A stretch of DNA of 64,000 nucleotides, taken from a virus. Both the position numbers and the translations under genes were made by a program. Location: IMG/VR virus record IMGVR_UViG_3300037993_001242, positions 135,099 to 199,098 of that record; one strand, written 5' to 3'. The notes below the pieces were generated by a model that was not told where the DNA came from, did no database searches, and saw only the letters and a list, made by a program, of their open reading frames with translations. Positions 27,228 through 36,271 of the stretch are shown here, in pieces (within the stretch, counting starts at the first letter, position 1; every line of letters starts with the position of its first letter).

Positions 27228-28924
27228 AAAATTGCGTTATAATTCTAACTCTGTTTGCGGCTACGATTCTGTTTGCTGCTAGTCCTTCTGTGCAGCAACT
27301 GACTACGCCTCCCGGAATTGATGGGTTAATAGCCACCGTGTCTGGAATTGAGACTGTCACAAACGCCAATCCTGTTTTTTACGTGTGTCCATGGACTAAT
27401 CTTACTGATAAGGTTACAAATTCAACTTTATGGTATGGGCCATGGCGTGGCAGCAACTATGTCCAACTGGCGGTGAACGCATTGCGATATTACCAGCAGA
27501 CTAATCGATTTCAGGTGGGCGGTGGACGCATTGAGGTTTTGGGAATCAACTACTCCCCAGACCCGATCATATTTACCAACACCGGGGCCGGAATTGAGTC
27601 GTTTGAACTATATGCGCCATCTTTCACTTATGGTGCCTTGGTCTGTCTGACCAACCCCTGCATTCAGATGATTAGTTCGGGTGATTCTTTTTACAGCCAG
27701 AACTTGACCATCCGAAACTTGATAATTTCGAGCCTTCAAAACCAGACCAACTTCCTGATTTTCATGGACGGCGGAGACAGGTTCCAATTTGAAGACGATT
27801 GGTTTGGTTATTGGGGGTTTATGACCAACAATCAAGTCAACGGGACTGTGATTGGCTTAGTCACCCCCACAACTGGAGAAGCGGTAGATAAAGCCAATCT
27901 TGTGATTCATATAACGGAATCAGCCGACAAAAGCATTTTCTCCCGCAATCACATGCTTGGGCTTGCAGCCGTCGAGTTTGATATAGACCATCTCGACTGT
28001 GAATATAATCAGGCTTCGTTTTGTGGAAATAATCTTGGCGGAAACGGCTATACCACCGTGTCAACCGACTGGGATTCAACGTCTCTTTACTCCATTGGCG
28101 CGGTTTTCATTGTGACTCCCAATGCTAACCAAGGTTACTATAATTTCAGGGGCAATTTTTTCTACAGATGCTTGGCTGGATACTATTCGCCGGGAGGCAG
28201 TCTCAGTCACTTTATTTCGTATGATGACGAGTTTGAGTCCACCGGATTTGAATGTTTGCTTGGTTCGGCAGGTCAATTTTACCTCGTAAACCCCCAAATA
28301 CATCAAGCCTTTCCAGACACGGCTATCGCTGGAACAATTTCCGGCCCTCCGTACACGGTCTCAGCCCCGTTCACCGCTTCGTATGTTGATCTGACTCAAT
28401 CGCCGATAGTTTGGTCAGTTGGCAGTTCATTCCCACTGATTAGTGTGGTTGGCACCGACTCCGCTGCCTTTTTCCAAGGTGATGGGTCGATGGTGACTAA
28501 CATTCCAGCGACCAGCGTTACTGGCCAATATCCTCCAATTAATGCTCCAACTAACGTAGCTGGAACCAATTTCAATAATACTATAGTGGCTACCAATTTT
28601 ATTGGCAATGGTAAGGGGTTGACAAATTTGACCGGTCTTTTATTTACCAACAGTCCAGCATCATTTTTAAAATCGGGAGGCCCTGTAACAGTTAATGCTG
28701 CCGGTTTCTTATCTGTTTCCGTTCTTGTAACCAACACTCAAATAACTTGGCTAACCAACACCGTTAGCCATGTATGCCTTCAATTGCAAAACCCTACAGG
28801 GACTTCCCAGACTGTAGACAAAGCTGCGATATTCTGCAACTCAAATGACACCGTGATCGTAACCAACATGTCTGGCAGTGGTGGTACTACCATTGTGGGA
28901 TGCTGGTACCAAGTGTTGCATTAA
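27224..28924 (+). CDS. Signal-peptide, beta-rich T/N/S-rich protein, possible polysaccharide-binding or depolymerase-like
   Basis: MKNCVIILTLFAATILFA/ASP Sec-type signal; repeated beta-strand/Asn pattern. Confidence 0.6.
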   Translation: MKNCVIILTLFAATILFAASPSVQQLTTPPGIDGLIATVSGIETVTNANPVFYVCPWTNLTDKVTNSTLWYGPWRGSNYVQLAVNALRYYQQTNRFQVGGGRIEVLGINYSPDPIIFTNTGAGIESFELYAPSFTYGALVCLTNPCIQMISSGDSFYSQNLTIRNLIISSLQNQTNFLIFMDGGDRFQFEDDWFGYWGFMTNNQVNGTVIGLVTPTTGEAVDKANLVIHITESADKSIFSRNHMLGLAAVEFDIDHLDCEYNQASFCGNNLGGNGYTTVSTDWDSTSLYSIGAVFIVTPNANQGYYNFRGNFFYRCLAGYYSPGGSLSHFISYDDEFESTGFECLLGSAGQFYLVNPQIHQAFPDTAIAGTISGPPYTVSAPFTASYVDLTQSPIVWSVGSSFPLISVVGTDSAAFFQGDGSMVTNIPATSVTGQYPPINAPTNVAGTNFNNTIVATNFIGNGKGLTNLTGLLFTNSPASFLKSGGPVTVNAAGFLSVSVLVTNTQITWLTNTVSHVCLQLQNPTGTSQTVDKAAIFCNSNDTVIVTNMSGSGGTTIVGCWYQVLH

Positions 28925-28928
28925 GACC

Positions 28929-30233
28929 ATGACCACACCGACAAGTTTAGAAACCGGAATGGATGTAACGCTCGTACTGGATGATCTGTCTGGTATTGCG
29001 CCGACAGCGTTCGTCACGTCGAGTAGTGTCGGCGTACCTGTAACGTATGTTCCGACAGAACCAGCGTCCTCTGTAAGCAGTACTTTCTTTGCTTTCCACA
29101 TGGCTTACGGTGGAGCGGCCATTTTTAATAAAAACACCAGTACTTGGACGACATATCCGGCGACTGTGGATGACGATGGTAGCTGCATTTATAACGGAAC
29201 CAGATACGGCGCTCCGACTGCCGGTTCCAGAGGAGCGGTGCTGAATCAGGCAGTTGATGCTTTTAATTTGCTTCCGAACGCCGATCTCTGGATCAGTCCC
29301 GGCACCTTCGATACCGGCGGCGCGCTGTGGGCCAATCCCAGAAACATCTATCTGGATTTAAGCAATGGCTCGACATCCTTGTCGGGAAACGCAGGAACCT
29401 CCAGCAATTCCGTTTACGGGGCTGGCAGCAACAGCACGCAGTTACTCTTTACTTGCGACGGTTCCACTTGGGGCACTTTTGCCGTGATTCGTTTGGGAGC
29501 AAACGGCTCGGTCATCGCCGGTTTGAAAATAACCGGCTACTATGACCGGCCCGATCAGTTCATTGAGGGACGGGAATTTCAATTGGGGGACACTGGCAGC
29601 GCCAACATGTTTTTGTACGATCTCTATCTTGATCCCGTCCCATGGATGCTGCCAGACACAACTGTCCTGAAAGATGGATACCAGACGGGTGCCGTAGTCT
29701 GGACGCACGCGGGTCTAAGCGATCACCCTATCTATACCATTGAATCGGGCCACGGCACGGTGGGAGCCTTGAGTGGGAACATAGTGAATTGTACTCTTTA
29801 CGGAAACTATGGAATTTTAGTGTTGGACGGCGGTTGCCCCCTTGGCCAAAGTGTAAATGTTTACAATTCGAGCCTGAATTTCAGGCATACCAGCATTGCG
29901 GGCGGTGGTGGGGCAATAACCGCCAACTACTTGGTTGGTGGTCTGCCCGGAAGGGTCAATTTCTACAACTGCATCATTGACGGCGGTGCGGTGGCCTTGA
30001 TCGCGGTTGACAATCAAAGTCCTTGCACTACAAGTCTCTATAACGGGACTACGATTCAAAACATGGCAGCAGGAGCGACTGCTTCGATCACCAATGCTTC
30101 GGGCACGCTCAATGTAGCGCCCTCCGTCGTTTATCCCAATTCCAGCGGGGTGTTGACTCCCGTGGCGGATGTGGTTCCGACCGTCCCAAGTTTGCCGGTG
30201 CTCTCTTATCCCACACCCGTTTTTACTACATGA
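28929..30233 (+). CDS. Beta-helix-like fibre/spike protein with N-terminal PVT motifs
   Basis: GMDVTLV and VPVTYVP at the N-terminus; LWISPGTFD and IVNCTL/FYNCII beta-helix-type segments. Confidence 0.55.
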   Translation: MTTPTSLETGMDVTLVLDDLSGIAPTAFVTSSSVGVPVTYVPTEPASSVSSTFFAFHMAYGGAAIFNKNTSTWTTYPATVDDDGSCIYNGTRYGAPTAGSRGAVLNQAVDAFNLLPNADLWISPGTFDTGGALWANPRNIYLDLSNGSTSLSGNAGTSSNSVYGAGSNSTQLLFTCDGSTWGTFAVIRLGANGSVIAGLKITGYYDRPDQFIEGREFQLGDTGSANMFLYDLYLDPVPWMLPDTTVLKDGYQTGAVVWTHAGLSDHPIYTIESGHGTVGALSGNIVNCTLYGNYGILVLDGGCPLGQSVNVYNSSLNFRHTSIAGGGGAITANYLVGGLPGRVNFYNCIIDGGAVALIAVDNQSPCTTSLYNGTTIQNMAAGATASITNASGTLNVAPSVVYPNSSGVLTPVADVVPTVPSLPVLSYPTPVFTT

Positions 30234-30312
30234 TTTATGAACAGGCCGGAGCGGCTGCAACTGTATACGCTGCAAACACGCATCCGGTACCTGTAATTAC
30301 ATGTAAAGCAGC

Positions 30313-30516
30313 ATGAGCACACCAACAACAAAAACAGCCGGTATGCCGGTGACTTTGGTACCCAATCCCGGTTCAGCCGACGACGCCAGCAGCGGAGCCG
30401 ATACCCACATCAACTATGCGGGGCCACCAACGGAAAATCCACCGGTAACGCTGGCATACATCGTCGTAGACACAAATGGCCAACAATGGCAGTACTACCA
30501 AGGAGGCTGGAACTGA
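30313..30516 (+). CDS. Small PVTLVP-motif protein (67 aa)
   Basis: GMPVTLVPNPGS; C-terminal VVDTNGQQWQYYQGGWN. Confidence 0.65.
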   Translation: MSTPTTKTAGMPVTLVPNPGSADDASSGADTHINYAGPPTENPPVTLAYIVVDTNGQQWQYYQGGWN

Positions 30517-30520
30517 TTTT

Positions 30521-32521
30521 ATGCGAAAAACTATCTTGTTGATTTTAGTATTAACGTTTGTAAACGTGGTTTTTGCAAACATTTATACAGGCACTCTAAA
30601 TGGAAACGTAAATGGGCCTTCCAGCTATGCAACAAATGCCGGTGTAGCAAATACTGTTTCTAGTACAAACTTCAACGACCAGTTGGCCCGAAGCAATACC
30701 AACGCTCCCAATCTTTCAGTTGGCTACTCCACCACGGCGACGAATGCGTGGGTGTTAAAAGGCGGGGGATATGTTGACACTAACCCGGCAGTTTATGGCA
30801 GTAGCGGAAAAAAGATTTACTTCAATTCTTATCCAAATTATCCCGGCTTCGATGCTCAGGCAAACATTTTCAACATTTATGGTGACACAACCGGGATTCA
30901 ATTTTTGGGCTATGACGGAAGTATCCAAGGTAATTTCAAGGGCGACAATTTTAAAATAAAATCCGGCGGGAATATCCCAATCGTTGTGGATAACCACCTT
31001 GATATGCGCCAGATGGAACCTGTGCCGATATTGCTTTACTCGGATTGGTTTGAAGTTGAAACCAACCATACCGAATCATGGACAACCAACAAAATATATT
31101 GGATGTACACCAACGGTCTTTATGCGGCTGGTTACAATTACTTTGAGATTGATGATGGTTGGATGGCAACGGCCAGAATTGGTGGCCATCTTGTGCCCGA
31201 CCCGGCTAAGTTCCCGCATGGCATAACCAACATCACCGCCTTTGCCCACTCTCTTGGTATAAAGGTCATCATCTATGATGTTGGAGGATTGACCACTTGC
31301 GCGGGTTTTCCCGGCTCGACAGCAAACTATGTGCAGCAGGATGTAGTTGATTTCATGCTCTGGGGGTTAGATGGAATTTTTGTGGATGGTTGTGTCGGCA
31401 GGCCGGAAGTATCGGGTAGTATGTTTTCGACCGCCATCCTCAATGCTGGCAATCAGGTTGGCCAATACGGGCTTGGAATTACTTTATCAAACAATCCTTC
31501 CATGCTGTTAATGGGGTCAGTAAATTACGTTGGTTATGGCACAAGCACTCTGGTCAAAGATGCGAGAAGCCAATCATTGAATTTCAATTCGTCGGTTCTT
31601 GGGGTGCCGTTTTTCGGTGACCAATATACTGTGGAAGCGGTTGCTACCAGCGGAAAAGTTCTTCTCGAAGATACATCTGAACGAGACATCGGGAATTATT
31701 TTTCTCTGCATGATTGCATTGGAGCCGTTCCCTGCGGAATAAGTCAGTTGGTTATGACTACGAATGCCCAGCAAGCATTTGTGACTATGAGCGCAATGAT
31801 GCCGGGCGATGTCTGGTTGACAGGAGTTACCAATCCCATCAACCTTTTCCCGTTCACAAACTTGGAAGTGAATGCAGCGATTAAAAATCCTTTGTGTTCG
31901 CCGGGAACGCTGATTTCGTCAAACACGCAAGCGATGGTGTTTACCCGCGCCCTTGGTTCTTATCCGGCTACAAATGTTCCGCCAACTATAGGAACGAGCA
32001 ATCTGGTTGCCTTCTTCAACTTCAGCAATGTCGCTCAGAATGTCGCGGTAACGTTGCCATCCGGCAACTATTACAACGTTCGCGATCTGTGGTTCCAGAC
32101 GAACTTCGTTGGCCCTGCGACCGGCACATTTTCCTTTTTGGTTCCATCTAACAATGCAAGCCTGTTTTTGCTTCAACAGGTGCCGAACACGCTCGTTGGC
32201 GGAATTCTTCTTTCCAATGACTTTGCGAATGGGGCATCCATTTATTTGCCCGGCGGCACAAACTCAGGATCACAAGCAATAAGGGTCGGAGGGTTTTTGG
32301 GGGCCTCTACAACGCCCGGAATTACATCTGACAACACGACCCTGATTCTGGTTGGAGGGGGTTTCGCCGGGACTCAATTTCAAAACAAAGCGCGCAACCT
32401 GATTACGGGACAAATTTACGACAATGGAACTTTTCAAATTGTCGGCCCTCTGATTGTCGGGGTGCAGGTGGTATATCCTCACTTAACCAACCATGTTTAT
32501 ACTTGGACTGATGCCCCATGA
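30521..32521 (+). CDS. GH27 (alpha-galactosidase family) glycoside hydrolase with signal peptide
   Basis: MRKTILLILVLTFVNVVFA signal; GYNYFEIDDGW, PDPAKFPHG, TCAGFPGS, WGLDGIFVDGC; C-terminal VAFFN...VRDLW beta-sandwich. Confidence 0.85.
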   Translation: MRKTILLILVLTFVNVVFANIYTGTLNGNVNGPSSYATNAGVANTVSSTNFNDQLARSNTNAPNLSVGYSTTATNAWVLKGGGYVDTNPAVYGSSGKKIYFNSYPNYPGFDAQANIFNIYGDTTGIQFLGYDGSIQGNFKGDNFKIKSGGNIPIVVDNHLDMRQMEPVPILLYSDWFEVETNHTESWTTNKIYWMYTNGLYAAGYNYFEIDDGWMATARIGGHLVPDPAKFPHGITNITAFAHSLGIKVIIYDVGGLTTCAGFPGSTANYVQQDVVDFMLWGLDGIFVDGCVGRPEVSGSMFSTAILNAGNQVGQYGLGITLSNNPSMLLMGSVNYVGYGTSTLVKDARSQSLNFNSSVLGVPFFGDQYTVEAVATSGKVLLEDTSERDIGNYFSLHDCIGAVPCGISQLVMTTNAQQAFVTMSAMMPGDVWLTGVTNPINLFPFTNLEVNAAIKNPLCSPGTLISSNTQAMVFTRALGSYPATNVPPTIGTSNLVAFFNFSNVAQNVAVTLPSGNYYNVRDLWFQTNFVGPATGTFSFLVPSNNASLFLLQQVPNTLVGGILLSNDFANGASIYLPGGTNSGSQAIRVGGFLGASTTPGITSDNTTLILVGGGFAGTQFQNKARNLITGQIYDNGTFQIVGPLIVGVQVVYPHLTNHVYTWTDAP

Positions 32522-32539
32522 CAACACGCGCAAAATCTT

Positions 32540-32695
32540 ATGAAAAATAACGCTATATTTGGATATGTGGGAGTTTTATTTTTTCTGATTGCTTCTATTT
32601 TACTTGGATCAGCGGACTGGAAAATAGCGGCTGGATTAAGTGCCTTGGGAATATCAGTAATTTGTTTCTGGCGATGTATTCGTAAAAATTCATGA
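32540..32695 (+). CDS. 51-aa two-TM membrane protein
   Basis: Translated by hand: MKNNAIFGYVGVLFFLIASILLGSADWKIAAGLSALGISVICFWRCIRKNS. Confidence 0.55.
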   Translation: MKNNAIFGYVGVLFFLIASILLGSADWKIAAGLSALGISVICFWRCIRKNS

Positions 32696-32766
32696 CCACC
32701 CCAAATGAAAATCTTTGCCGCTGGCTCTCTTGTGTGTCTTTGTGCGCGGGTTGAATCACAATCCGG

Positions 32767-33348
32767 TTAAGTCCAGTCCCAGCCACACAGAGGACAGATT
32801 TCCAAAAAAGTGTATACCGTCTCCGTAAAGAAAGCTCCTTCTTCCTGCGACCGCCGTCCATAACTGATCTGCTTGCAGCACGGACACTGACGCGTCTCCA
32901 CACGGCGCTTGTTCCGCCGGAGGACTCGCCAGTCGGTGATTAAGTTGCACGATCTGCGCCGTATCATATTGGCCATCCGCTGCTCGACGCTGTCCATAAT
33001 CCACCAAGCACCAGCTTCTTTGGCTCGGTCATAGTACGTCCGAAATTCTTCAAAAATAACGGCCCGTCTGTTTTCACCGTGGCGGTGAGAGACCAGCAAC
33101 AGCCACACGCAGCCAAATTGAACAATACTGACTGGAAGACGCATCCACGTCGTCCATGTGCTGACACCATAGACAAAATCAACGAGCATCAGGAGAAGTT
33201 GATCCGCACCCATGCTCCCGTTGAGCATGACGCCCCACTTGACGATTGGGTTGTCCAGCCAGTGCAATTCGCGATAACGTGGTATCGGCGGCAATGCGTG
33301 CAGCAGCGCGTGCTTAAAATCGCTGGCGCTTCCTTCTTCCGGGATCAT
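32767..33348 (-). CDS. PExG-tag family membrane protein (dispersed member)
   Basis: MIPEEGSASDFKHALL; two hydrophobic segments; C-terminal CPCC/CPLC. Confidence 0.75.
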   Translation of the reverse strand: MIPEEGSASDFKHALLHALPPIPRYRELHWLDNPIVKWGVMLNGSMGADQLLLMLVDFVYGVSTWTTWMRLPVSIVQFGCVWLLLVSHRHGENRRAVIFEEFRTYYDRAKEAGAWWIMDSVEQRMANMIRRRSCNLITDWRVLRRNKRRVETRQCPCCKQISYGRRSQEEGAFFTETVYTFLEICPLCGWDWT

Positions 33349-33563
33349 GGCTTGATGAAAGAACCGGTAGCCTGCTCGTCCCAGCCCATGTCCTCGTCGA
33401 TCTCCGCGCCATTCTTGCGGCTAAACTCCCACGGGCCGCAATAAATGCGGTCTTTGGTGACGCCGGTCACTTTCAACGTCATAACAGCACCGCCAACGCC
33501 GCCGATTAATCGTTCGACGCTGTCACCGACCTGAACTTTATCCAGTTTATTTTCAGCACTCAT
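33345..33563 (-). CDS. Small SH3-like hypothetical protein
   Basis: VQVGDSVERLIGG...LKVTGVTKDRI; ATGA overlap. Confidence 0.6.
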   Translation of the reverse strand: MSAENKLDKVQVGDSVERLIGGVGGAVMTLKVTGVTKDRIYCGPWEFSRKNGAEIDEDMGWDEQATGSFIKP

Positions 33564-33600
33564 TTTGTTTACATCCTTAATTTGTGTGGTAATTTACGGC

Positions 33601-34254
33601 ATGAACCTCGTCATTGAAATTCGGGCCGCCGAAGGCGGTGATGATGCCAAACAATTGGTCGTCGAGCAATCCAAGCTGTACTCTCGCCTCTGTTCCAAAG
33701 CCGGTCTCTGACTGGAAGCGGTCGAAATCCGTCCCGGCTTCGCCGCACTGCGCGTCACCGGCGCTACTGCCCAACAAGTCTTCCAAAACGAATCCGGCGG
33801 CCACCGCTGGATGCGAGATCGCACCGGCAAAGTCCACACCAGCACCGTCACCGTGGCTGTCTTGGAAGAACCGACCTCCGGCCAACTTACGCTCAACATG
33901 GCCGACGTAGACATCACCGCCTGCCGGGGTTCCGGTGCGGGCGGCCAGCATCGCAACAAAGTCAGCAGCGCCATCCAGATCAGGCACCGACCCACCGGCT
34001 TGTACGTCCGCTGCGAGACCGAGCGGTCGCAGCACCAAAACCGGGAAATTGCGCTGGCCGTCCTGCGCGCCCGGCTGTGGGAGGCCCGCCAGCACGAAAC
34101 CGTCCAGCAGGCCAATGGCATCCGCCGCGACCAAATCGGCAGCGGAATGCGCGGCGACAAACGCCGGACGGTAGCGTTGCATCGGGGTGAAGCGGTGGAT
34201 CATATCACAGGAAAGCGCTGGCGCATTGTGGATTATCTCAAAGGCAACTGGTAA
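33601..34254 (+). CDS. Class I peptide chain release factor homologue (GGQ) with in-frame TGA at 33709-33711
   Basis: IEIRAAEGGDDA, NESGGHRW, GKVHTSTVTVAVL, GSGAGGQHRNKVSSA, ERSQHQNRE, QIGSGMRGDKRRT all in one frame either side of the TGA. Confidence 0.9.
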
Positions 34255-34258
34255 AAAG

Positions 34259-34555
34259 CTACGGCGTTACACGGGGCAAAGTCTCGATAAAAGCCTGCAC
34301 CTTGGCAATCAACTCGCCCATCGTCCGCGCCTCGATTTTGTGTTCACCGGTGGTGTTACCATTTTTAAATGTCACGTTGGCATAAATCACTGGCGGATGA
34401 TCGGGCCACCCCTCGATCCTGTACCATCGCAGCATAACACCCGTAATATGCGCCGATGCAAACGGGTCTTGAAGCAAAGACAGCGCGTCTTGATGGATGG
34501 CTCCGCCCAGCAAATTCATGTGTATACAAATAGCGGTTACGATTGAGGATCGCAA
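34259..34555 (-). CDS. Hypothetical protein
   Basis: Tiles the run. Confidence 0.5.
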   Translation of the reverse strand: MRSSIVTAICIHMNLLGGAIHQDALSLLQDPFASAHITGVMLRWYRIEGWPDHPPVIYANVTFKNGNTTGEHKIEARTMGELIAKVQAFIETLPRVTP

Positions 34556-34911
34556 TTCATATTTTTATACACTGGGGCCGTATTCCGGTTCCGCTGGCGT
34601 ATCCTGCCGCATTCTGACCGCCGCCGGAGTTCCTCAATGCCAACCTGTTTTTCCGTGACAATGTTGTAGGCGTGGTTGCAAGCATGATGTGAAAGCACCA
34701 CCCGTCTCTCCCCGCTGTGCCTGCCGCGCTCCGGGGAATAACGGGAATCAAGATGCTCAAAGGTGGCCAGATCGGACGGCTGCGGCTGGTGCCGGACGTG
34801 CCCCTGCATCAACCGCATGGGCTTGTGGCACCAGTAACAAAGCCCCTTTTGCAGGTTAAAAAGTCTTACCCGCTTTTCCCACTTACGCTGTGACTCAGAG
34901 AATTCGGACAT
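34537..34911 (-). CDS. HNH endonuclease-like protein
   Basis: QKGLCYWC...ATFEHL...SHHACN. Confidence 0.75.
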   Translation of the reverse strand: MSEFSESQRKWEKRVRLFNLQKGLCYWCHKPMRLMQGHVRHQPQPSDLATFEHLDSRYSPERGRHSGERRVVLSHHACNHAYNIVTEKQVGIEELRRRSECGRIRQRNRNTAPVYKNMNCDPQS

Positions 34912-35734
34912 TCGACCACCATTTCTCGTCAGCTTCGTTACGGGTCGCTTGGGCAATGGCAACCTTTCGCTGACGGACTTTGACTTTTTGCTGCTGTCCC
35001 ATATCCCGCCACTGGAACCACTTCCCGTCCAGACAAAAGAACTCGGTCTCCTTGACTTCGTTCATGACGGCGTTTTTATCCAATGATTTAGTTTTGCTTT
35101 CCATAAATTTTACAAGGTTTTGCCATGACTCGGTTTTTTCGATGATGGCGCGGGCGCACTCTGAAGCGGCGTCAAAACCGGACTCTACGTAGCACAGGCC
35201 GATTTCAACTTCTGCCGCCGATCCCCGGCGCGTATCACCGTGCCCCAGATTCTTGTTGCGGATCAATTGGCCCGAAAAATCAAAATACAGCCGCTGATCC
35301 GTGCTGCACAGTTCATGCACCATCACCCGCCCGGTCAGCGCCACCAGTGCATCACCAAAATGTTCCAACTGCCGGTTCGTGTATTTCTTGTTTCCGACAA
35401 TGACCGCCGGGGATTGTATCAAAATACGGGGCGAAGGGGCGGCTCGTGGCACTTGAATCACTGGCGGCGAAGGCTGAATCACGTCAGCTACCGGTATTGG
35501 CTTATCACCGTCCAAGGCATCGGCGGCGCTCGGCTCGTGGATGTCTTGAAAAAGACGCTTCCAATCCGTGATGGGCGTGCCGTCCAGTGTATTGACCGTG
35601 TAGCGGCCTGTCGCAATCAACCGGCGCACAAATTCCTTGCTGGCCTTGCCTTTAAAGGGGATGGGACGCCTTTCGTATTCAGGCACCACCGGCGGGCTGG
35701 GAGGTTGAGTGGAGCTATCGGCGTCGGCGCTCAT
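34895..35734 (-). CDS. Hypothetical protein (279 aa)
   Basis: Long ORF with short overlaps on both sides. Confidence 0.65.
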   Translation of the reverse strand: MSADADSSTQPPSPPVVPEYERRPIPFKGKASKEFVRRLIATGRYTVNTLDGTPITDWKRLFQDIHEPSAADALDGDKPIPVADVIQPSPPVIQVPRAAPSPRILIQSPAVIVGNKKYTNRQLEHFGDALVALTGRVMVHELCSTDQRLYFDFSGQLIRNKNLGHGDTRRGSAAEVEIGLCYVESGFDAASECARAIIEKTESWQNLVKFMESKTKSLDKNAVMNEVKETEFFCLDGKWFQWRDMGQQQKVKVRQRKVAIAQATRNEADEKWWSNVRIL

Positions 35735-36221
35735 GCTTGGGGGCTAAAAGTGATTGACCGTCGATGGATTGCATTTTATGCGCCTTGAACAGCGTAATGA
35801 GGCTGTCCATGCCTTCCGGCTTGACGGCACCATACTCGGCCATGGCACGGCCAATAGTCACCAGCCTTTCGATTTTCCGGTAGAGCACCGCTGTTTCCGC
35901 CTGCAAGTACAGATTGCACTCTGCCCGGCTGATGGGCAGCCGGTAACCACCGCCGCTGCCAACGCTCACAATCACTGGAATGTGATGCTTGGTGCGCAGC
36001 GATCCCACGATGTCGTCCAGTGAGGAACTTATCGGGCAAGCTGCCGCATAGAGTTCGCTGGTCTTGACCTGACGAGCGTCATTGAGGGCCTTCACCAGCA
36101 CACCAACAATTGCCTGCTCGTCCTTCGTCATTTGGCCCCACTGGGCCTTTACCTGCTCGTCTATCTGTTTTACGAAAACATCATCTACCTGAATATCAAC
36201 ACGTAAGACTCGTTGTGGCAT
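35715..36221 (-). CDS. Hypothetical protein, possible winged-HTH
   Basis: LDDIVGSLRTKHHIPVIVSVGSGGGYRL; has its own promoter. Confidence 0.6.
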   Translation of the reverse strand: MPQRVLRVDIQVDDVFVKQIDEQVKAQWGQMTKDEQAIVGVLVKALNDARQVKTSELYAAACPISSSLDDIVGSLRTKHHIPVIVSVGSGGGYRLPISRAECNLYLQAETAVLYRKIERLVTIGRAMAEYGAVKPEGMDSLITLFKAHKMQSIDGQSLLAPKHERRRR

Positions 36222-36236
36222 ATTTAATTGGTAATT

Positions 36237-36265
36237 AGTTTACCAATTGATTCACACCCTGTCAA
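36237..36265 (-). promoter_or_regulatory. Sigma70-like promoter TTGACA-N17-TAAACT
   Basis: Near-consensus elements with 17-nt spacer. Confidence 0.7.
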
Positions 36266-36271
36266 ACAAAA

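Noticed and set aside
30476-30520. Upstream ATG for GH27, or in-frame readthrough from the 30313 mini-gene
   Set aside because: ATG 30521 gives a clean signal peptide, and it is not in frame with the mini-gene stop at 30514-30516.
32540-32695. Holin call for the 51-aa membrane protein
   Set aside because: Two TM helices alone are not diagnostic, and no endolysin or spanin is adjacent.
33703-33714. RF2-type +1 frameshift at CTC TGA C
   Set aside because: The downstream release-factor motifs continue in the same frame as the upstream part, so a frameshift would destroy them; readthrough fits.
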